Shown: piece after piece, positions 55,963 to 64,000 of the stretch
Position numbering within the stretch: the stretch's first letter is position 1
Layout: every line of letters starts with the position of its first letter
From: the human T2T-CHM13v2.0 reference genome, Homo sapiens
Strand: one strand, 5' to 3'
Assembly (NCBI RefSeq): GCF_009914755.1
Contig: NC_060927.1
Length of the DNA stretch: 64,000 bases
Program-made: the position numbers and the translations under genes
Notes under the pieces: generated by a model
What the model was told of the DNA's origin: nothing
Database searches by the model: none
What the model saw: the letters and a program-made list of their open reading frames with translations, nothing else

Positions 55963-56255
55963 GGTCAGGCGCGGCGGCTCATGCCTGTAATCCCAGCACT
56001 TTGGGAGGCCAAGGTGGCCAGATCACCTGAGGTCGGGAGTTTGAGACCAGCCTGGCTAACATGGTGAAACCCCATCTCTACTAAAAATACAAAAATTAAC
56101 TGGGCATGGTGGCATAAGCCTGTAATCCCAGCTACTTGGGAAGCTGAGGCAGGAGAATCGCTTGAACTCAGGAGGCAAATTTTCAGTGAGCCAAGATCGC
56201 ACCACTGCACTCCAGCCTGGGCGACAGAGTAAGACTCTGTCTCAAAAAAGAAAAA
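55963..56255 (+). mobile_element. AluS (Sx/Sp-like)
   Basis: Dimeric Alu; TSD AAAGACAACTATAAG / AAAGACAATTATAAG. Confidence 0.96.
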
Positions 56256-56612
56256 AAAGACAATTATAAGAGAGTAAAAACATAAGCTTCAGAATAAAAG
56301 TAGATATCTGTAATAAGTATATCTGACAAAGAAGTATATATCAGAATATAAAATGAAATCCCAGTAACTTAATAATAAAAACAGAAACAAACCCAACTGG
56401 AAAATGGACAATACCTTTCAACATGCACATCACAAAAGAGGATACCCAAGTGGAAAATAAACATATGAAAAGACGCTTAATTTCACTAATCATTAGAGAA
56501 ATGCAAACCAAAGCCATCATATCATGGGCTACCATGTCACACATGCCTGAAAAACTAAAATGAAAAAAGACCAAGTGTTTTCGACGAGTAGAACAATAGG
56601 ATCTCTCTTATA

Positions 56613-57041
56613 CAGTAGTCCCCCTTTATCCATGGGGAATACACTCCACCTCCCTTAGTGAATACCTGAAACTGCAAATAGTACCCAATCCTACAAATAC
56701 TATGTTTTTTTCCTATACATAAATACCTATTTAAGATTTAACGTATTTATACCTATTTAAGATTTAATTTATTTAACATTAATGTATAAATTAGGAACAG
56801 TATGAGATTAACAACATACTTAATCATAAAATAGAACAATTCTAGCACTATACTGGTTATATGAATGTGGTCTCCCTCCCTCCTCTTCTCTCTCTATTTC
56901 CCTCTCAAAACATCTTTTTGTACTTAAGGGTGAGCCCTTCTTGTGATGATATGAGATGATAAAATTTGGGCTGCAGCTGACTACGGATAACTGAAACTGT
57001 GGAAAACTGAAATCATGAATCAAGTGGGAGGGGCATTACTG
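56613..57041 (-). mobile_element. MER44 (Tigger7 family) non-autonomous DNA transposon
   Basis: TA|CAGTAGTCCCCCTTTATCCATGGGG left end; degenerate ...GGGGCATTACTG right end. Confidence 0.85.
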
Positions 57042-57739
57042 TGCTGCTACTGATCATGTAAATTGGTATAATAACATTGAAAATTATTTGGCACTATCTA
57101 CTAAAGCTGAACATAAGCACACCAGCAATATCACTCCTCAGCATATATCCAATAAGAATGCTTAAATATGTAAAACAAGACATGTAGTAGAATATGCATG
57201 TGGCCACCACAATTCATAATGGCTTCAAACTGGAAATAAGCCAAATGTCCATCTATAGTAGAAGAGCTGAAAATAATAATAATAGAATTGTGATTATATT
57301 AATACATGGAAATATTATAAAGCAATAAAATAGTTTTAAAATCTGCAAGCACATGTAAATGCAACATAATATAAATGAATCTCAGAAACATAATGTGAGC
57401 ACAAGAAGCCACATACAGAAGAATATATAATCACATGATTCTATTTCTATATTTTTCAAAAATAAACTAATATTAGAAGTCATGATAGTGGTTATCCTGA
57501 GGAAGTAGAGACTGGAAAGATAGATAAAGGGATCTTTGTGGTCTGCTAATGTTTTTTTATTGGTCTGGTGCTGCTTACATGAATATGTTCACTTTGTGAA
57601 AATTCACTTACCTATATTTTTATAATTTCTGAATTTGTAACTGTTTTCCTGCACTAAAATATTTCATTTAAAAATTATCTTTAAAAACAATTGCGACCAT
57701 AAGAATTTCCATTGCTTTTGTTTTTTTTTCTCTGTTTTC

Positions 57740-60300
57740 CTGCTACTTAGCCTTAAATATGGGCATAGTCACAGAAATGTGCATATGAGGTAAATAAAGC
57801 CCCAGCTTGCTGGCTGGAGGACATAAAGGGGAGCTCCAGGAAAACTAAAAAATACTAATGAGAGCACAGAGAAAAAGGGGCTGCAGAAAGTGATCTTATA
57901 GGGTTACAAAATTCTGGGCTCATCTTTAGCTGTACATGCATGGATCTGATGTTAATCAGCATATGAATACAATTAAGAATGAAATTAACAGATAGACCAA
58001 TGTCTACATCCAAGATTGTTCACTGGTATACACACAGGACAGACCTGAAAAGCACCGTAAGCAAAACTGATATTGAAACCACAGAAGGAATCTTGTATCT
58101 TACAACCTGAACCTAACCAGGTCAATTGCCTTTTAAAACAAAAATGTCAACATTCTCCATAGAATTTCAATATGACTCAGAATCTCATAACATGATATTA
58201 AGAATATCTAAGAAATAATCCTAAATCACCAGGCACAAGAAGAACTAGGAACATGTGAACTCATATGAGAAAACATAATCAATGGAGATAAAACCTAAAA
58301 TGACACAGATGTTGGAATTGTTTGACAAAAACTTTAAATTTACTATTCTAAAAATGCTGAAACAAGCAATGAGAAACAGGCTTAAAACTCAAAAATAAAA
58401 TTTTAAAAAAATACAACAAAATATCACTGGATGGTTTCCAACAAAATAAAGATAATACAGAAAACAGTCAATAAACTTTAAGATAGATCAACTGAAATTA
58501 TGCAATATGAGCAATAAAGAAAAAAAGTGGCTCAGAAACCTGTGGGACAATAACAAGAAGTCTAGCATTCATGTCATTATATTAACAGAAGCAGAGAAGA
58601 AAGAGTGTGCTATGTGTTGAATGCCCCCTCCAAATCTCATGTGGAAATTTAATTGCCATTGTAACAGTGTTGAGTATCAGGACCTTTAAGAGGTAAGTAA
58701 GATAGACTAATGTCATTAATGTGGGAGTTTATTAGTTATCACAGGAGTGAGTTGTTGATAAAAAGAATAGTTTGGCCCAGTGTCCTCTCTGTCATGTGCT
58801 TTCTTGCCACATGATGCCTTCCATCATGAGATCACCCTTGTTAGATGCTAGCATCATGATCTTAGACTTCTCAGCTTTTAGAACTGTGAGCCAAATAAAT
58901 ATGTCTGTTCTGTATTAATTATCCAATTTCTGGTATTCTTTTATAGCAGCAGAAAATTGACTAAGATTATAATTCTGAAAAGGTATTTGACAAAATAGTG
59001 GCTAGAAAATTCTCAAATTCTGTGAAATACATAAACCCACAGAGTCAAGAAGTACAGCAAACCCCAAACAGAAAAAAAAAAAATCAATCTCTGGATACAT
59101 TAAAATAGAACTGCTGGAAATTGAAGACAGGGAAAACTGTCTTGAAAGCATCCAGAGAAAATCACACATTATCTGTAGGGAAACACCATTCAAATGACTG
59201 TGGAATTCTCATCAGAAACCATGAAAACCTGAAGGAAATGGCACCCCTTTTTTAAAGGTCTGAGAGAGCACAGAGAATTCTATATCCTGTATAAAAGAGA
59301 CCTGCTCTAAAACATTTGCTGAAAGGAAGCTCTCCAGACAGAAGACAAATGATACAACATTGCCACTGATATAAACACTGAACATTAGGAATGAAGGAAG
59401 AGGAAAAAAAGTGATAAACCTATGAGTAAATATAAGAAACGATTATTCTTTTGGGTTCTTTAAAACATGTTTGACAATTTAATGCAAAATTACAACATTA
59501 TCTGACGGGGCTTCCAATGTATGTAGATATAATATATGACAAAACAATAATGCAAAACTGGGAGAGTAAAAGGACTTATATGGTTGTAAGATTTCTACAT
59601 TCTATTTAAATGTCTAAAATATTGACTCTAAGAAGAGTATAAAAAGATATGTATATTGAACAACTTTAGAACAACCTCTAAAAACAACTATACAAAGAAA
59701 TATCGTCAGAAGAACAATAGATAAATTTAAATTGAATGCTAAAAAATGTTCAAATAACCCAAAACAAAACAGAAAATGAAAAACAAAGGAAAACAGAAGA
59801 AACAAACAGAAAACAAAATATAAAATGAAAGACATTAATTCAAATGTAACAATAATTACATTAAATGTAAATGGCATAAATATACCAATTAAAGACAGAG
59901 ATTATCAGAACGGATTTTTTTTAATGACCCAATTATACACTGTTTTCAACAAATTTACTTCAAATATAATGAAAAAGGTAGGTTTGAAGAAAAGTGTATG
60001 TGCTGCAAACTCCAATTATAATAAAGCTGGAATGGCTATATTAATATTGGACACAGTAGATCTCAAAGTGAAGAAACCTGCCAGTGATACAAAGGACATC
60101 ATATAATGTTGAAGAGTTAATTAGCCAGTAATATATAATAAGTCTAAATCTGTATGCCCTAACAACAGAGCTTCAAAATACATGAAGACATAAAAACTGA
60201 CAGAACTGAAAGGTGAAATGGAAAAATCTACAATTATATTTGGAGATATCAACACCCTTCTCTCAGTAATAGACTAATATATAATTAGTAAAAACAGAAC
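57740..60300 (+). mobile_element. Old L1M 5' region, ORF1 and start of ORF2
   Basis: ORF 59825-60106 (ITLNVNGINIPIK...KAGMAILILD) resembles the L1 endonuclease N-terminus; ORF1-like attctcatcagaaaccatg. Confidence 0.75.
58608..58966 (+). mobile_element. MST-family MaLR solo LTR
   Basis: tgctatg...ccctccaaatctcatgtggaaatttaattgcc...ttatagcagcagaaaattgactaaga. Confidence 0.85.
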
Positions 60301-60953
60301 TGAAAAAATTAGCTTCATAAGAGAGAGCATATGATCATTCAGAAACTTAACAGCATTTAAGAGATTATATTCCTTACCAAATTTTTAGGTTAACATGAGT
60401 AAGGTTTTTTGATATAGCCAACTACAGTTTTCGTAAGAGTAATGGTTACTTCTTCAGAGATAAGTCATATCAGCAGAGGCAGAAAGCTGAGAATGGGGGA
60501 GGTCAAATCTTTGTAAGATGTAAACTGAAAAGAAAGTTTTATAGAAATGAATTTCTGCTGATCTCACTGTGAAAGTGCAGTTTTCATACTTTTATGAAAC
60601 AGGCTTGTTACTTTGTTTAAATATTTGTGTAATCCAAATAGTTTTGACTTCAGTTAAGCTGAATATTTGCTTTAAATATTTGTTTTTAAACCCCATTTAT
60701 CAATTCTTTAGAATCTTATATAAAAGGTACGTGGTACTTGCTTAGGAAAATAATCAAAAATCAGAAAGTGGCCCTTTTAATAATGTGAAATGATTCAACA
60801 AACAGAAAACCAATATTTTCTTATAAAATCAGTAAGGTGGTAGGTAGGTAGCTATAAAAATATTTAGATTTTTACTACATATTAATCCTTAAAAGAAATC
60901 AGGTAATGAGTCTGAAATAAGTTTAATGTGTCCTTCTTATTTCTATTTTAGTT

Positions 60954-60980
60954 ACACACACACACATATACACACACACT
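60954..60980. repeat. (CA)n microsatellite
   Basis: Seen directly. Confidence 0.85.
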
Positions 60981-63706
60981 CTTACAGATAGCAAAATATG
61001 CTAAATAGGAAGTAAACATGGTACTATGGTATGGATTAGTAAGAAAGTCCTACCTTAGATAGCATTATCTGAGAAAGTGTTTTTTACTTTAAGAAGGATT
61101 CGACTAAGCAGTGTGAGTTTAAGTGTCAGGGCCAGTGCCAGCATGCTTCAATGAGAACACTGAGAATAAGTGAAAGTTGAATTGTCACTGGTTTCTTCTA
61201 AGCTAAGATAAGGTTTGGGGCACCTAAAGTGCACTCAACTGCAAATACTGTTAGAGGCCACTCATCTTCCAAGGGAAGTATCAGGGGAACATAAAACTTC
61301 ATTGAGTTCTGGCTAGAACAACATCTTATGAAGCTAGGTAGATTCCATGTTTCTCTTGCTGATACCAAGGAACAAAGGTAAACAAAGGTGTCTTCACTTG
61401 CAGCTGCCATTGCTGCTGACAAAGCTTATCTGCCCACAGAGTGGTGAATAGTAATTCTAAAGGAAACTTCTTGTCTGCCAAGTAGAACTTTGAAGTTCTG
61501 TGTCATCCCATGCAACTACCCCACAAAGAGCAGGTGAATCCTGAGGTGAAGGGCACTACTGCCCCTATGGTGCCCTGAAAGTTGGAGATCAAGCTTTGAG
61601 CCCTTCACCAACTCAGGATAAACCAGCACAATTAGACCTCCTATAAATATGAAAGAATTCTGATAACTCCAGCTCCAGAGATTCTTGGACAAGTTACTAA
61701 ATGGCAGTAGACAGAGACAGCATAGCTGCACCTTCTGCTGTATACCTGAACACTCTAGCTAAAAGTCAGATATATCTATCCATGCACTAAGTGGTTGAGG
61801 ATCAATATAAACAAAACACAGTTGCCTGAGTTCTGTTTACAGAGCACATACGAAATTGTCTTTTTCTCTCCACATTGTTTGCATCATTCCTAACCCCTGA
61901 ATTGAATTCACTTGTTAGCTGCACTGTTGTGCAGGTCTTCTGATCTTGCTTTACTGACTTAATGACAACCACTCTCTAAAGACTGACAAAAATCACACTG
62001 TTTCTTTTCACACTGCCCAACTGAAGTGGGCCAAGTTCTCATCATCTTAGCTCTAGTACTCAACCTTGAAATCATCCACAGAGATGTCTTCCATGCAAGA
62101 TATTTCTCACTGTAAGGGAAGATGATGGTAAGTCATCATCTTCAAATAGAAATGATAGCTCCAAAGAGGAAAAGGAAAAACAACTGCCACTCCATCACCT
62201 CTCTGACTTTGGCTTTCTAGGGAATCAGTTCTTCTGGGTAAGGTTAAACCAACAAACAAACAAACAAAAAAATGGAGGTGGGGGGTGTACTTTATTCTGT
62301 TTTGTTTTTAAAGAAATGGCCACTTTTCATAGATAGAGCAATATAAGTGGAAAATAACCAGGAGGTTTTAGTGAAAATGGAAAAGGAAAAGGCAAATTTT
62401 GTGACATACTAGGTCTAACAATTGTTTAAATCTAAAGTTTGGTGCCAAATAGTGATGGTTTTAATTAATAGATGGATCTGAAACACCCATATATCATGCT
62501 AAAGATTTAGTATTAAATATGTTCTACTACTGAAAATAATACCAAGGTCTCTAACGACAAGATAAACACATGCTATATTGACAAAAGTATGCAAAAAAAT
62601 GCTAATCAAACTCAGCTCATAGGAGCAGGAGCTGAATTGAATGATCTTGTTCCCCCAAAATAAACTTCCAATTCACTACTCAGGTTATTTTCCAATTGTC
62701 ACTGGGACAACACAACAAAAGCAGGGGACAAAGTTAAAACCTGGCCTTTTCAGTCAAGCAAGTGGACAAATACTCAAGACAATAACCCACAAACAAGGAA
62801 GATGACAGCGGAAAATCCCCCACATTCAGTTCACCCCTTTGTGACCAAACCCTGTTCTGCAGGTCTTCTGATGACTTAGACTTTAAGACAGCAAGGTAGA
62901 CATCCTGGAAATAGGCCAATAATAATCTTCAACTAGGAAGACATACTGAAATCACTAGGGAAGCTTTTTTCAACATAACCTTTCCCTCCCTCAGCTGGGA
63001 ATCATAGATTAGATTTAATTTGTATAATCACTTCAGTTTGAAGTAGGTGGATGACCTGAAGAAAATTAAGGTATAATGGCAGGCTTGCCATCAGCAAGTA
63101 CGCATTTACAAACATTTTGACAAGCTATATCTGGAAATATCCTGAGGATCCAAGAATCTTGGTTAACTTTATACAACTACGATAAATTGGGCACTACACC
63201 AAAACATGCAGGCTATTTGACTCTGCATTTTCCTCAATCAACAACATGTAACGGAGAGGCCTAATATACCAAATCATTATCGAACAGCTTAGGGATGACT
63301 CACTTTGACAGGAAGAGCAAAGTGTTTCACTCTCATCTCAGTGAACCTGTTCATACTGACATAATGCCACATGGTTCCTAATACGCAACAATGTACACTG
63401 TTCCAGCAACATAGAGGCAGCTTTGAGCCTTTGGATCCAAATTCTGTGAGTGAGCTGGGCTAGAGTTTTCTGTTTCCCTTCCCTCATTATCATGGCAACA
63501 GAGGGCAAAGGTGGCAGTTAGGCTTTATGCCTGGACTGCTGGCATACAGGTCCACACCTCTTCCAAAACAAAATTTGGACAATAGTTACACATGAAAATG
63601 TTGTGTTCTGCTTAGGTTATAAGGAAACTAAATCATACTGCAGGCAACTCTTTAGTTATTTTCTCTTTTATCCTATCTTCACCAGAAAATTTAAAGAGCT
63701 CTAAAA

Positions 63707-63991
63707 CAGTGTTTCTCAAACTGTAGGTCACACTGTCAGTGCTCTTGAAATTAAGATAGTGGGCTGTAGACTTTAAAGGAAAGTTAGGATAAGATAAAAT
63801 AGGATAAGATAAAGTAGGATAGGATGGGATGGGATGAGATACTAGAGGATAGAATGGAAAATGCAACACATAGGAAGGGTAAATACTGTCTTATGAAATT
63901 TTGTTTTAATTATATGACTGCATGTAGACTGTGTCATGATTTAAATGCATTTATCTCTGTGGATTATTAGGAAAATGTATGAAAACCACTG
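63707..63991. mobile_element. hAT-Charlie-type MITE with an internal GATAA/GATAG/GATGG pentamer repeat
   Basis: Imperfect terminal inverted repeats CAGTGTTTCTCAAAC ... GTATGAAAACCACTG; degenerate 8-bp flanks CTCTAAAA / CCGTAAAG. Confidence 0.6.
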
Positions 63992-64000
63992 CCGTAAAGA

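Larger units (their letters stand above)
49040..57690 (+). mobile_element. Long old L1 (L1MD/ME-like) with 5' region, ORF1, ORF2 and 3' UTR remnants, multiply interrupted
   Basis: ORF1-like atggccaagaattttccaaaattgg...accccaagcaggataaa; ORF2 remnant [13 protein letters not shown]...[10 protein letters not shown]; 3' UTR tatgttcactttgtgaaaattcac. Confidence 0.75.

Overview
AT-rich, CpG-poor primate (very probably human) genomic DNA with no intact protein-coding exon. It reads as the interior of very long introns of a minus-strand gene. One clean 39-nt minus-strand exon (6787-6825) and a plus-strand YBX1 processed pseudogene (36893-38359) match my recollection of the 5'-UTR region of ZBTB20 containing YBX1P3; this locus assignment is from memory and needs BLAT. 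About half of the window is transposon relics (L1, Alu, MIR, L2, MaLR/ERV LTRs, Tigger/MER44/Charlie DNA elements), often deeply nested and with readable target-site duplications (TSDs). The ORF-track entries are repeat-derived or chance ORFs. I found no evidence of a new multi-gene system. The most notable observations are: an L1PA7-like insertion with both a twin-priming 5' inversion and a 3'-transduced MER2 fragment; a perfect 26-bp minisatellite with an internal palindrome; candidate recursive or cryptic splice sites; a uATG in the micro-exon; a duplication-plus-foldback scar; and a hairpin that presents a consensus splice donor in its loop. Repeat subfamily names are by-eye recognition, and boundaries of old elements are approximate.
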